Source: a virus (lineage: Duplodnaviria; Caudoviricetes). Taken from it: a stretch of 64,000 nucleotides of DNA. The notes under the pieces were generated by a model, which saw only the letters and a program-made list of their open reading frames with translations, was not told the DNA's origin and ran no database searches. Of this stretch, positions 1-9,759 are shown piece after piece. The stretch is taken from IMG/VR virus record IMGVR_UViG_3300035670_000009, positions 32,001 through 96,000 of that record. One strand, given 5' to 3'. The stretch's first letter is position 1. Each line of letters opens with the position of its first letter. The position numbers and the translations under genes were made by a program.

Positions 1-675
1 CGCCGCGATTCGTGCGCGAGCCTGACCCGCGATTTGCGCTGCCTGGCGCGCAGCGCGAGCTTTGGCTTTTGTTTCTTTTATCATTTGGCTGACTTCTTGC
101 AAGCGATTCCGCGCGGCGTGTACGTAGAGCCGCAACTGATAGAACCGCGCTGCAGAGGTAACAGCGAGCAGATCGCCGTCCAATTGCATCAAAATCTTAC
201 GCGCGCGGGCGGCGGCTTCAATACCGCGGTCGCTTAGTAGTGTCAGCAGCTCGCTAGCTGTGCAAATGACGTCAGCGACAGCGATGATCTGCGTTTTTAC
301 AGTGCTTGCGCTAAGCCGCCCGCGATATTCCATATCGCGTTTGGTTTCCACCAGGCGAAAATCACGACTTAAATCGGCTACAGTGGCGGCAATCTGCACA
401 GTCGTGTGTTCGGCGATTTGCTCAAACGGACAACGACTAACGTTGATCACATCATGCAGCAGAGCGCTGTGCACGACAATCGCCACACTCTCCTGCGTTT
501 CTTCGCAAATCAAGTCTTTGCGAACGTCATAATAAACTTTGGTGGCAATCGTCTCGGCCATACGGGCTACGGCGACTGCGTGTTCCAACAGTGTCTGTCC
601 GTGGACAGACGGCTTGTCCTGGTAGTGCTGCCGGGCGAAAGCCATGGTTGCACTAATCGTCTGTTCGACGTTCAT
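1..675 (-). CDS. HD-domain protein, RelA/SpoT-hydrolase (Mesh1)-like, 3'-truncated by the window edge
   Basis: Not in the ORF track; translated by hand. RBS AAGGAGG, then ATG at 675: MNVEQTISATMAFARQHYQDK...LEHAVAVA...SALLHDVINVS...IIAVAD. Frame stays open to position 1. Confidence 0.7.
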   Translation of the reverse strand, partial: MNVEQTISATMAFARQHYQDKPSVHGQTLLEHAVAVARMAETIATKVYYDVRKDLICEETQESVAIVVHSALLHDVINVSRCPFEQIAEHTTVQIAATVADLSRDFRLVETKRDMEYRGRLSASTVKTQIIAVADVICTASELLTLLSDRGIEAAARARKILMQLDGDLLAVTSAARFYQLRLYVHAARNRLQEVSQMIKETKAKARAARQAAQIAGQARARIAA

Positions 676-697
676 CGGCACCTCCTTGTGCCTATGC

Positions 698-1738
698 TTA
701 CAAGTTCAACAGCTTTCGCCAGCTAGCCTCAAACACGTCCCGGCGCGCCTGCAGATTGTACGAAACTTTCTTTTGCATTGTGCTGATGTGCCGCGGATCG
801 GCGATCAGTTCTTGGAGCGCGGCGGCGTACCGGCCATAATCGGCGACAGCGTGCGGCACGCCGTTGTCGTCGTAATCGATTTTGGTCTTGACCAGAGTCG
901 CGTTGACGTCCGGATAGAGAAATTCAGTCTGCGGCGGAACGGCCAGACTCAGCAGCGGCGTACCCGCTGCCAAACTGCTCAAAGCACAATATCCGTAGTT
1001 ATCGCACTCGGCAGGCCACAGGGTTAAATCGGCGTTTGTATACAGGTTAAATCGCTTGATCAAGGGTACGTTGCGCACCAAAGTCACTCGACCGCCCACG
1101 CGTTTTCCAAGCCGCGTGAAATAACGGGCAACTGCGGGACCAAAACGGCTCGAACTCACCGCCACGGTTAGGTGCGGCTCTTCCATCCGCTCGAGGATAT
1201 AGCCCAGCGCGCCGATAAAAATGCGGGTCGCGCAGCGCGCATTTCTGTCAAACCACGGGAGAAACAGTCGAATGTGCCGGAAATCGAGTGGTTGACTTTT
1301 GCGCGTGATTGGCAGACCCGCGTCAAAAGGAATGAGCTCGACACGATTGAGTCTGTAAACGTCAACAAACAAATCACGGCACTCGTTCGACATAGCGACG
1401 ATGTGATCTGCGCGCTTCAACGTTTTTTTAAATGGCGGCACCAGCTCTTGCCACATCGGCACAATAATGGTTTTTATGCCGCGGCGCGCAGCGTAATTTA
1501 CTTGCTCGACCCGCGGCGCGTGCGTCCAAATAATCGCGGAACGGTTTTTAGCCCAGTCAGTGAACTTGCAGTTACCTCGAAAAAGCACGCTGTGGTCGAA
1601 CGACAGCCGCAATTTACCGGGCGAGTTGTCGGAATAGATGTCGCACGGCTCGCCCAGTCCGCGCAATAGCCCTGCCAGGCGCACTGCGAGATAGGCCTGG
1701 TCGCAATGTGCGTAGTGGGTGTAGATCCCAACACACAT
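698..1738 (-). CDS. Glycosyltransferase, GT-B/GT4-like
   Basis: 346 aa; C-terminal YTNADLTLWPAECDNYGYCALSSLAAGTPLL resembles the GT4 ExFGxxxxEAxAxGxP region. Confidence 0.75.
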   Translation of the reverse strand: MCVGIYTHYAHCDQAYLAVRLAGLLRGLGEPCDIYSDNSPGKLRLSFDHSVLFRGNCKFTDWAKNRSAIIWTHAPRVEQVNYAARRGIKTIIVPMWQELVPPFKKTLKRADHIVAMSNECRDLFVDVYRLNRVELIPFDAGLPITRKSQPLDFRHIRLFLPWFDRNARCATRIFIGALGYILERMEEPHLTVAVSSSRFGPAVARYFTRLGKRVGGRVTLVRNVPLIKRFNLYTNADLTLWPAECDNYGYCALSSLAAGTPLLSLAVPPQTEFLYPDVNATLVKTKIDYDDNGVPHAVADYGRYAAALQELIADPRHISTMQKKVSYNLQARRDVFEASWRKLLNL

Positions 1739-1744
1739 TGTGGT

Positions 1745-3652
1745 TTACCCGGGGGGCTGACCCTGCCCAAACTGCTGCGCCATCATCATGGCGCCGCCCT
1801 GGGTTTTCGCCTGTTGTCGAATGTCGTCAATAATGCTCGACACCAGCGCGTGCGTTGTTGGGTCGGTGCGTTTGAGCTTAATCAGTTCAGAATCTTTTTG
1901 CGCTTCGGGCAGCGCAAGAATCTGCTGCGCAAGCAGCTGCGCCTGAGACTGCATATCTTCTGGCGTAATGGGAACATTGGGAGAATTTTGTCGCTGCATC
2001 ATAAATGCGTCGACAGGGCTTCCACCGCCCATACCTGGTTGCATTGGCGCGCCCGCAGGGGCCGCGCCGGGCTGCCCTGTCGCGCTGGCACCTGGATTGC
2101 CCGCGCCCTGCATCATCTCGGCCTGCTGCGACAGATCCTGCATGCTTTGAGCTTGCTCCATCTCTTTTTGCATGCGGCCCTGTTCCTCGGCGTAAATCCG
2201 CTCTTCTTCGAGCATTCGCTTTGTTTCTTCCTCGTAGTCCAGGCCCACGCTCTTGAGCCCCGTGGTCTTGGAGACCATTTGACCCTGCATGAGCTGGAGC
2301 TTGGCCATCTGGCGGTTGAGATCGTCTGCGTGAGTGACCCGCTGCAGTTTGATCGAGATCGGCTCCCACGATTGAACGCGCGAAAGCGCCTGGCCCAAAT
2401 TACGAAGAAAGTTGTTCAAGCAATGCGGCAGATGGCTCCAATTGGCCTCGAACAGTCGCAACGCTGCGGGCGCCGCCTGGAAGCTGAGCGTGCCGTTCAT
2501 CAATTCGACCGGCATGCCGATGCATTTCATAAGCGTGTCGAACGCCTGCTCAATAAGATCACGCGGCGCCAGCGCCGTGGCGTCGCCGCCCAGCGCCTGG
2601 TATTCAACGGGAAACGGAAGAATGTTCCAGCGCGCGGGGTCAACGCGACGGGCGCGAAGCATTGCCTGGACGCGCGCCGTGAAGCTGCCCAGATTAATCG
2701 CGTGAACCGGGTCGCCGGACGCTGGATCTCCACCGCGAGGCGCGGGCGTGATCACGCGGAAGGGAATCACGTAATCCAACGCGATCGCTTCGTTGTAGCG
2801 CTGGAGAATTTGGTAGTACCACGCCTGCCGGAAATTCACCAACACGCGCGAAATGCCCCAACCTCGGTTGCGCATTCCAGACAGCGCGTCTTCTTTGGCG
2901 TGATAAATGACGGCCTTATCAAACATCAAATCCTTGCCGTCCTTAATCGCCTGAATCACTTCCCAGCTGGCGTGCTCTAGGTGGTGAAGGTGCCCGGCTT
3001 TGATCAGGTTTCGGTAGTCCTCGGGAATTTTCCAGACGTAGGTGCATTCCTCGCTGTACGGGTCCCAAAGAATGTCGATCTCGTGCGGGTTCCAACGTTT
3101 AATGCGCAGGCCGTCTTCGCTGGAACGGCGATCGATGTGATTGAATCGGCCGCTGTAATGGCACTGCGGGCAGGTCGCGTGAAAGTCGAATTCTTCCCAC
3201 TTAAATTTGTAAGCAGACGAGCTGTGCATTTTGACGAGCGGCGCTTCAAGCCCGCATTTTTTGCACGCGAGATACCTGCGAAAAGGAACAAGCAAACTGG
3301 TGAAGCTGTTTCCGTAGGTGAGCATGTCCATCGCAACGGTTTTGAGAACCGTTTTGATGCCCAGCGTTTCCTCGAGAAACACCCGGTACTTTTCCTTCTC
3401 CTCGCGGCCGATCGTGTTTTCGCCGAGATCGCCTACCTCGACGTCAGTGATGAAGTACGAAACGACGCGGTCAATGGCCTGCCGGTAAGGGCCATTGGCG
3501 TTCATGATGTACTCGCACCACCGTAGCGCGACCTGGATGCTCTCCGGCATCGACAGGCTGGCGACGTCGCAAAACGGGTCGGGAAAACGCTCGTCGGCCA
3601 AGGCGCCGCGACCAAGATTGCCGAATCCGGCGGAGCCAGAAGGAGTTAACAC
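1745..3652 (-). CDS. Putative phage portal protein with CxxC...CxxC Zn-ribbon insertion and Q/G/M/P-rich C-terminal tail
   Basis: 635 aa; FPDPFCDVASLSMP...LRWCEYI N-terminus of the kind I associate with large-phage portals; CKKC and CPQC; low-complexity tail. Family recalled, not searched. Confidence 0.55.
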   Translation of the reverse strand: MLTPSGSAGFGNLGRGALADERFPDPFCDVASLSMPESIQVALRWCEYIMNANGPYRQAIDRVVSYFITDVEVGDLGENTIGREEKEKYRVFLEETLGIKTVLKTVAMDMLTYGNSFTSLLVPFRRYLACKKCGLEAPLVKMHSSSAYKFKWEEFDFHATCPQCHYSGRFNHIDRRSSEDGLRIKRWNPHEIDILWDPYSEECTYVWKIPEDYRNLIKAGHLHHLEHASWEVIQAIKDGKDLMFDKAVIYHAKEDALSGMRNRGWGISRVLVNFRQAWYYQILQRYNEAIALDYVIPFRVITPAPRGGDPASGDPVHAINLGSFTARVQAMLRARRVDPARWNILPFPVEYQALGGDATALAPRDLIEQAFDTLMKCIGMPVELMNGTLSFQAAPAALRLFEANWSHLPHCLNNFLRNLGQALSRVQSWEPISIKLQRVTHADDLNRQMAKLQLMQGQMVSKTTGLKSVGLDYEEETKRMLEEERIYAEEQGRMQKEMEQAQSMQDLSQQAEMMQGAGNPGASATGQPGAAPAGAPMQPGMGGGSPVDAFMMQRQNSPNVPITPEDMQSQAQLLAQQILALPEAQKDSELIKLKRTDPTTHALVSSIIDDIRQQAKTQGGAMMMAQQFGQGQPPG

Positions 3653-3673
3653 AATAGCGCCTCGTCCTTGAAG

Positions 3674-3856
3674 TTAACGAAGCGACTTTTTGGTCGCCTC
3701 GGCCGCAGCCTTGCGAAAATCACTATCCAGCTGGCGAACGATTTCACGCCCGGCTTCAGTCGTTTCACACGGTTGTGTGATACTGGCCGCGGTTTTGGCC
3801 GTATCGCCGTCTTCGGGCGGCGTGGTGTGAGGCGCGATGATTCCTTGTTTTTCCAT
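3674..3856 (-). CDS. Hypothetical protein (60 aa)
   Basis: ATG at 3856 overlaps the upstream TGA (TGATG coupling). Confidence 0.5.
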   Translation of the reverse strand: MEKQGIIAPHTTPPEDGDTAKTAASITQPCETTEAGREIVRQLDSDFRKAAAEATKKSLR

Positions 3857-4812
3857 CACTGGTCGGATCCTTCCAACGCCCAAAGCGCCTTTTCGACGCG
3901 AAGTACACAATACTCCCGAGAATCGTAAATGTACTGAAAACCAGTGGTATGGACAAGATATAACCGGTTGTCGTCGCTAATCTTAGCGGCCCAGGGACGC
4001 GCGTAAGGATCGTTGCTAGGCGGAAACCACCTGGCGGCAGACTGTTCAAATCGCACGTCATAAACCAGCACAATAAACCCCATTTCTTCCGGACTGTCTG
4101 GCTCAGGCCGGGCCACGTGAACCAGCACGTCGTGGAAGAAAGCCGGGACCGTGCCGATTCCTTCTTTCTCGAAATAGACGAGTTTCTGTGGCGGGCCATT
4201 GGTTGCGCTTTTTGCAACCACTGGAACAGTGTTGGCGGCCATAGAGCCTTTCTTCAGGCCGAAAGCGGCCATGGGACTGTAGCCCCGGTCGATTTTATCA
4301 ATGGGCGGCGCAGCTGGGCGCAGAACAGGCTGCGCGAATCTGCGGATGGCTTCGACTTCTTCTTCCAGCTCAGCGACGACGTCTTGCTCTTCAGTGTCGT
4401 AAGAAACCGCTACAGGCGCTGGGGGCACGGGCGGCGGAGTTTGTTTGATCGGCACCCGTTTCACGCCCGACTTAGATATCTTTGCCAATTCCTCGAATGC
4501 CACGGCAGCGCGCTCCCGGATTGAATTAATGTCGTTTCCCTGTACAGCTTGCCGTGCGGTCGCCAGGGCGTGCGCCACGGCGTCACCGGTAATTTTGTCC
4601 ATAGTCAAAACGGCGTTACCCCCGTCGGGTTCTACGTGGATCTCCAAATGCGCGCGGTCATGCGGATCGTAATTCTCCGGCAACCCGCCTGGCGTCGAGG
4701 GCGCAACCACAACACCGCGGATGCCACCTGGCCCGCGCCGCATTAAATCGGCCAAGGAGCGGCCGTTGTCCATACGGACTTGGGACGGATCAAGATAGTT
4801 TGTTGTGCTCAT
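3856..4812 (-). CDS. Hypothetical protein
   Basis: 318-aa ORF coupled to the downstream gene. Confidence 0.75.
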   Translation of the reverse strand: MSTTNYLDPSQVRMDNGRSLADLMRRGPGGIRGVVVAPSTPGGLPENYDPHDRAHLEIHVEPDGGNAVLTMDKITGDAVAHALATARQAVQGNDINSIRERAAVAFEELAKISKSGVKRVPIKQTPPPVPPAPVAVSYDTEEQDVVAELEEEVEAIRRFAQPVLRPAAPPIDKIDRGYSPMAAFGLKKGSMAANTVPVVAKSATNGPPQKLVYFEKEGIGTVPAFFHDVLVHVARPEPDSPEEMGFIVLVYDVRFEQSAARWFPPSNDPYARPWAAKISDDNRLYLVHTTGFQYIYDSREYCVLRVEKALWALEGSDQ

Positions 4813-4872
4813 AAGCGCTGATATCTAAAGAAGAGCGTAGGCCCGGGGCTTGCGCCCCGAGCTTAGCTCTTC

Positions 4873-5151
4873 TCACTCAAAGGCGGCCGAGGTCAACTCC
4901 GGGCACGTACTATATAGCGCAGATCTTGCAATCTGGAAATACAGCCGCCCCAGCGGAAACCCCGGGCCGCAGACTTCTTTAAGGTGGTCCGCGGAAAGGA
5001 CTACCTCAGCTAATACCTCACCGCTTATCAAATGCGCACACACCAGTCCTTTGTCTTTCTCTGCTGGAAAGAAGGGGAGCACGTGTGGATGGCCGTCTTG
5101 AGCGAGCAGCCACGCAAGCGTTTTCCCCGGAGGACGAAGTATGTAACGCAC
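4873..5151 (-). CDS. Hypothetical protein (about 92 aa)
   Basis: GTG start at 5151, just after the upstream stop at 5157; C-terminal part of the 4873..5379 ORF. Confidence 0.55.
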   Translation of the reverse strand: MRYILRPPGKTLAWLLAQDGHPHVLPFFPAEKDKGLVCAHLISGEVLAEVVLSADHLKEVCGPGFPLGRLYFQIARSALYSTCPELTSAAFE

Positions 5152-5156
5152 TTGAT

Positions 5157-6353
5157 TTACGCCGCGTTGGCGCCCACGCTGCGCGTCTTTGTCGGCGGAC
5201 GCCAATCCGGCGGCGGGAGAAAATCGCCCGCGTACGGCGCTGGCAACGCCGTCAAGCTTTCCGCCGTGACGATCTGTGTCGCCGACAGCCGAGAGAGCAA
5301 CAACGGACCGCGCGGATTTTGCGCTGCCCGCAGGAGATCCTCGTCCGAGGCCTCCCAAGCAGCGCGACTGTTGCCGCACGCGTGCCGCATTGCCAAAGCG
5401 ACGCGGTGTGGTTCAAACCCTTCGAATCCCGCCGCGCAATTCACTTGCTCAGAAGGATTACAAAGGGCGTCAAAGAGCTCCTCTTCGGTGAGGCGCTCGC
5501 CGAGTGGAACAGCCGCGCGGAACTCGTGGGCCAGCCGGTCGAGCGTTTCCGCCGAGACTGCTTCCAGATCCGTGACGCCGTATTTGGCCAGCACGTCGGT
5601 CGCCGGGTTCGGCATTTCGTGCAGAGCTGCTGCGGGGTTCCAGTGAGGAACTCCAAGCACCGGCGCGAAATCCTGATACCCAGTTTCTTGATCGATCGCC
5701 TCGGCGACGATCGCGTCAGGCACAATGGCGCTGTTGACCAGCGTCATCCCGCGCACAGACGTGCTATCGCAGAGATCTTCGCGCAGCCTCTCGGCGTACG
5801 CTTCGATCAAAGCGGGCTGCATCCCTGCAGTGAGTGCGCGCAGTTTTGTCATATCGATTTCCTCGCGTCCCGTGAAAAACGGAACAAGGAAACTTGGGTG
5901 CCGCGGAAGCGCCGGTCGGACGCTTCTTGGCTGACTCACGGCCCGCTCACCATATCGCACCAGAGCGCGGAGCATGCCGACTGCACGCCGAGCTAACACG
6001 AGGTTATCTGCGGGCAGGCACGCGCCGCGGGCGCCGATCGTCATGGGTTGCGTGAACTCGTAGCGGAAAATTCCGCCGTAGACCATCTTGCCGTGCCGGG
6101 GACGCGCGACGGCGCCCGAAAACGACAGCCCGCCGGTATCGGTCACTTCCATCTTCACCGCGATCGGCCGCCGCAGCCGGTCTTGGCTCGATCCACCGAT
6201 CCGCCGCGGTCCACTGAAACGCTGCTGGCGACCGGGCAGCCACATAAGAGCGACAAGGCCCGTTACTGCCGCCGCGACCCGAGAAAATCTTCTAAGCTCC
6301 ACGACCTGCTGGTTGATCAGATCGTTGACTTCGTTTTCCTGGTGCGTGCTCAT
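5157..6353 (-). CDS. Hypothetical protein
   Basis: 398-aa ORF in operon order. Confidence 0.7.
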   Translation of the reverse strand: MSTHQENEVNDLINQQVVELRRFSRVAAAVTGLVALMWLPGRQQRFSGPRRIGGSSQDRLRRPIAVKMEVTDTGGLSFSGAVARPRHGKMVYGGIFRYEFTQPMTIGARGACLPADNLVLARRAVGMLRALVRYGERAVSQPRSVRPALPRHPSFLVPFFTGREEIDMTKLRALTAGMQPALIEAYAERLREDLCDSTSVRGMTLVNSAIVPDAIVAEAIDQETGYQDFAPVLGVPHWNPAAALHEMPNPATDVLAKYGVTDLEAVSAETLDRLAHEFRAAVPLGERLTEEELFDALCNPSEQVNCAAGFEGFEPHRVALAMRHACGNSRAAWEASDEDLLRAAQNPRGPLLLSRLSATQIVTAESLTALPAPYAGDFLPPPDWRPPTKTRSVGANAA

Positions 6354-6603
6354 CCCAATGCTCCTTCTTAGGTGGTTGTTTCGTAAACAAATCCAATCGT
6401 CCAGCCGCGAAAGCAGCGTAAGCGGCCTGCCGGGTCATTTTGGTGCCGTCATACACAACGAACACCTTCTCTTTTTGCCAAACTTGTCCTTCGATTGGCA
6501 CGAACTTTTGCGTGTTCGCAAATTTCACAAACACTTTGGTTTTGTCGGGCGCGCCGTACTGCTGTACGACAACGCGCCCCCTGTACGTCAGAAACTGCGC
6601 CAC
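6292..6603 (-). CDS. Hypothetical protein (about 103 aa)
   Basis: RBS AAGGAGGAG upstream of GTG at 6603 (MAQFLTYRGRVVVQQYG...). Confidence 0.55.
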   Translation of the reverse strand: MAQFLTYRGRVVVQQYGAPDKTKVFVKFANTQKFVPIEGQVWQKEKVFVVYDGTKMTRQAAYAAFAAGRLDLFTKQPPKKEHWDEHAPGKRSQRSDQPAGRGA

Positions 6604-6702
6604 AGCACGTTGGCTCCTCCTTCGGGCATAAGCCCGGCTAAATGTGCCCCGGGCTAAACACAGCACACTGGGCACGTAATATGCCCGCAAAACGCGCACA
6701 AT

Positions 6703-7146
6703 TTAGCTGTCCGGATCAGGAAGCACGTCGTCAAATACACCAAGGCCATCGCCGCTGTCGTCGAACGGATCTACAGCTGCAGCGCGGTGATTTACCGCTG
6801 GCATTTTTAATTGCGGCGGATCCTCGAGATTGATGGGATCAACGCCCAGGTAGCCGGTCTCGTCTTCTTCAAATTCAGTCGGCGAGTCAAACAACGGGAT
6901 TGGTTCTTGCCCGGGCACAAGCAGGTGGCGCATGGGCGGCTTGGAGATCTTCAACCGCTCGCCACGAAATGCGAACACAGAAACGTCCTGATTAATGCGG
7001 GTTTTGAGATACGCTGTCAGCTCTTCCAGCGTTTTAAATGCCTGCGTGAAATACGTACCGTCATGGTTTAAGACGGCTACGTGGAAAGATATCTTTTGAA
7101 CCTCGGCCGTGGCGGGTGCGGCAAGTTCCTTCTTTTCTTTTGTCAT
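6703..7146 (-). CDS. Hypothetical protein
   Basis: 147 aa with acidic C-terminus; coupled to the upstream ORF. Confidence 0.7.
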   Translation of the reverse strand: MTKEKKELAAPATAEVQKISFHVAVLNHDGTYFTQAFKTLEELTAYLKTRINQDVSVFAFRGERLKISKPPMRHLLVPGQEPIPLFDSPTEFEEDETGYLGVDPINLEDPPQLKMPAVNHRAAAVDPFDDSGDGLGVFDDVLPDPDS

Positions 7147-7784
7147 CAGTCACCCTCCCTCATCTGCAACGGGTCGCGCTTGGGCACGCCGCCAAGAAAA
7201 TTGGCGCGCGGAATATCGGCGGGCAAAACGCCGCCATGCAGTCCCACATTCCGCGCCAGGGGTCGAAACGGCGATCGGTCTTGCATGTAGGCGACAAACG
7301 TGTTCGCCAGCACGCCAAAAATCTTCACCGACAAAACCTCATGTTTTCGTGAGGTCGGATCGGGAATGAGCAAATCGTAGCTCATCGTGTTTGCGAACAC
7401 GCCGCGGCTTTGATCGGAAAAAGCGATGCCGCCAATGAACTCAAAACAATCTCCGGCGTACTCCTCGTCGATGGCGTACAGGCGCTGATCCCAGTTCACC
7501 TTGGGGTGGCCAGGAATCTGCACAACGCCCAGGCCGTCGAAGAACCGCTCTGCGTCTTTCTTGAGCTGGATGCAGAACGGGCGGTAATCCGGCGGCAAGT
7601 TATACCGCGCGTCAAACTCCTGCACCGGATCGCGGTCAAAGCCGCCGTGCGTAATCAGAAGCGCAGGCGTGAACAAACAAAACTTCTTGCCTTTGTTGCG
7701 CAAGGCTTCTGCGCAAGAGATCTGCCGAACAGCGTCGGCGTTAGTGATCGGCTCGACGGGCTGAAATGTGCTCGGGCGGATCAT
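7146..7784 (-). CDS. Hypothetical protein
   Basis: 212 aa; start overlaps the RuvC stop. Confidence 0.7.
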   Translation of the reverse strand: MIRPSTFQPVEPITNADAVRQISCAEALRNKGKKFCLFTPALLITHGGFDRDPVQEFDARYNLPPDYRPFCIQLKKDAERFFDGLGVVQIPGHPKVNWDQRLYAIDEEYAGDCFEFIGGIAFSDQSRGVFANTMSYDLLIPDPTSRKHEVLSVKIFGVLANTFVAYMQDRSPFRPLARNVGLHGGVLPADIPRANFLGGVPKRDPLQMREGD

Positions 7785-8422
7785 GGTTTGACCTTCAGCG
7801 GCGCAGCATTTCGTACGTTCTGCAACAAAAGCAAAAGAACAAAAGCGGCGTCTGCTACGTTATCTAGACCGTCCGACTTGTATTTAGACTGGTCGAACGC
7901 CGTGCCAAGTTTCTTGTTGGCGGCCGCAATCATGTCTTCCTTGTTCGCCCGCCCGTTGCCGGTTGCGAATTTCTTAATCGTGGCGATCGCGTAGCCGTTC
8001 GAGAGAATGTTGTTTTCCTGCGCCCAGGTCGCCACGGTCACCTTGAGCCCGCCCAACACTTCGCTCGCAGTGGCCACGCGAGCGAGTACGGCCGGAATGC
8101 CGAATTTCTTGTTCATGAAAAACTCTTTGGGCGGAGAGTATTTCACGTCTTCGTAGGCCACCGCGTCTGGTTTCACGGCATTGAGAAAAGCACGTAACCG
8201 CACAAACCGCGCTGCGCCGCTCTCTAACCCCTGCGTGGACAGGTCCCATTGAAAAAGCTGGAGTTTTTCCTGAAGCAGTTTTTGGCCTGCGACGTAGTCA
8301 TAAATGGCCACGCCGCAATTGCTCCCCAAGTCGAGACCTAGGCAACGAATTGCATCTTCAGGCGCTTTTCCTAGTTTCCCCGAAAACTCACCGGGGTCTT
8401 TGTACATCCTGTACTTGGCCAC
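7781..8422 (-). CDS. ruvC: RuvC-like Holliday junction resolvase
   Basis: LGLDLGSNCG (D1), VAYEDV (E), IKKFATGNGRANKEDM, DNVADA (D-x2-D) RNase H-fold motifs. Confidence 0.85.
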   Translation of the reverse strand: MAKYRMYKDPGEFSGKLGKAPEDAIRCLGLDLGSNCGVAIYDYVAGQKLLQEKLQLFQWDLSTQGLESGAARFVRLRAFLNAVKPDAVAYEDVKYSPPKEFFMNKKFGIPAVLARVATASEVLGGLKVTVATWAQENNILSNGYAIATIKKFATGNGRANKEDMIAAANKKLGTAFDQSKYKSDGLDNVADAAFVLLLLLQNVRNAAPLKVKP

Positions 8423-9067
8423 TTAATTCTCCCGAATGCCGATAAGTTGTTTCCACCAGGGTCGCCGCTCGGACGTCTTGAGCCGGACAAGCTGCGCTTC
8501 AGCCTCGAGCGCGCGGCTGCGCCATGTAATGCGATCGGTCTGCATCAAATCCAATCGCGTGCGCAATAGATCGCACTGTAAACGCAAGTGTTCAGCCGTA
8601 ACGTTGGCGTTAATCACTGGCGCGCCCATGCGGGCTGTAAAATCGCGCACAGCCGCCGCAAACCGGCACATTTCGTTCTGCGACGGAGAATCTTCGCCCA
8701 CCTCGGTCACCTCGCGAACGGCCTTGAACCAGGCGCCCAGAATGACCTCTCCGACGGTTGCGAGCAGGTAGAGCCGCACAGTTAACCGCGTCGAAAACCA
8801 ATCACGGCGGGCGAGCGCTTTTTCAAGCGAGTCCACAGGGTCGGCGCCGTTAACGAAATCACGCTGCGCGTCGGCGAGAACGTTCACGACGGCAATAATT
8901 TCTGCCTCGCTGATCTCGTTGTTTTCTTTCCACTGCTGCAGCTCGGGCGTTGGCGCGTCTAAGTTTTCAATCGCTGTCTTCAGCAGCGTCGGCGTAATGT
9001 ACGCGTAGTCGCGTTCCGGGTGGTAAAGCGGACCGTGGCTGTCCTTTTTCTTATAGCCAATCGTCAT
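8423..9067 (-). CDS. Hypothetical protein with C-terminal coiled coil
   Basis: ATG at 9067 overlaps the upstream TGA (ATGA); 214 aa. Confidence 0.65.
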   Translation of the reverse strand: MTIGYKKKDSHGPLYHPERDYAYITPTLLKTAIENLDAPTPELQQWKENNEISEAEIIAVVNVLADAQRDFVNGADPVDSLEKALARRDWFSTRLTVRLYLLATVGEVILGAWFKAVREVTEVGEDSPSQNEMCRFAAAVRDFTARMGAPVINANVTAEHLRLQCDLLRTRLDLMQTDRITWRSRALEAEAQLVRLKTSERRPWWKQLIGIREN

Positions 9068-9744
9068 GATCGCCTCTGAGTCGAGGGGTTTTGCGCTTCC
9101 TGCGGCCGCGGATGCCACTGGTGAAAAAAACCGGGCACCCGTTCCCGCACAATCTCCATTTTCTGATAGGCGCGCCAATACACGTCGTCATCTTCTCGAC
9201 CGTAGCGCGCGCCCCAACGCTGTCCGTTCCAACCGCCTAGATCGTAAAAATCTTCGGCAACAAAACCGCAATTGCCGCGGCCGCTGTCGCGCCACCAGCC
9301 GTTCGCCGTCGAGCCTGGCGCGCGAGTGAACGGGCGACCGTTGTCGCGCACTGCCATTGGCGCGTGCTCGTAGAGCGAGTAACAGATTGGAAAATAGGCT
9401 TGTCCGGTGTTGACATAGCGGCGCACGCGGGCGGAAAAGTCCGGTGGCAGCACCATATCACAGTCGACAAAAAACACCAGGTCATCTGCGCAGGGTTGCG
9501 CGAATCGCATCGCCTGGTTGCGCGCGTGAGCGCGATTGATGTGCCCGTACTCATGCCCGGCGACATAACGGACGCGCCGCGACGACGCGGAATAGATATC
9601 TTTCCCGCTACCGTCCCAGTCGTAGACGTGAAGAAGATCGGTCTCGTTGTCAGGCTGCGCCGCCAAGCGTAAGTAACTGTCCCGCAGAACGGCAAAGGTG
9701 TCCCAGCGATTGTAAACCGCTGTGCAGTAATGAATTCGGCTCAT
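9064..9744 (-). CDS. Glycosyltransferase GT-A (GT2/GT7-like)
   Basis: RAHARNQA, FFVDCDMV (DxD), GGWNGQRWGARYGREDDDVYWR. Confidence 0.85.
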   Translation of the reverse strand: MSRIHYCTAVYNRWDTFAVLRDSYLRLAAQPDNETDLLHVYDWDGSGKDIYSASSRRVRYVAGHEYGHINRAHARNQAMRFAQPCADDLVFFVDCDMVLPPDFSARVRRYVNTGQAYFPICYSLYEHAPMAVRDNGRPFTRAPGSTANGWWRDSGRGNCGFVAEDFYDLGGWNGQRWGARYGREDDDVYWRAYQKMEIVRERVPGFFHQWHPRPQEAQNPSTQRRS

Positions 9745-9759
9745 GCGGCGCCTCGCGCG

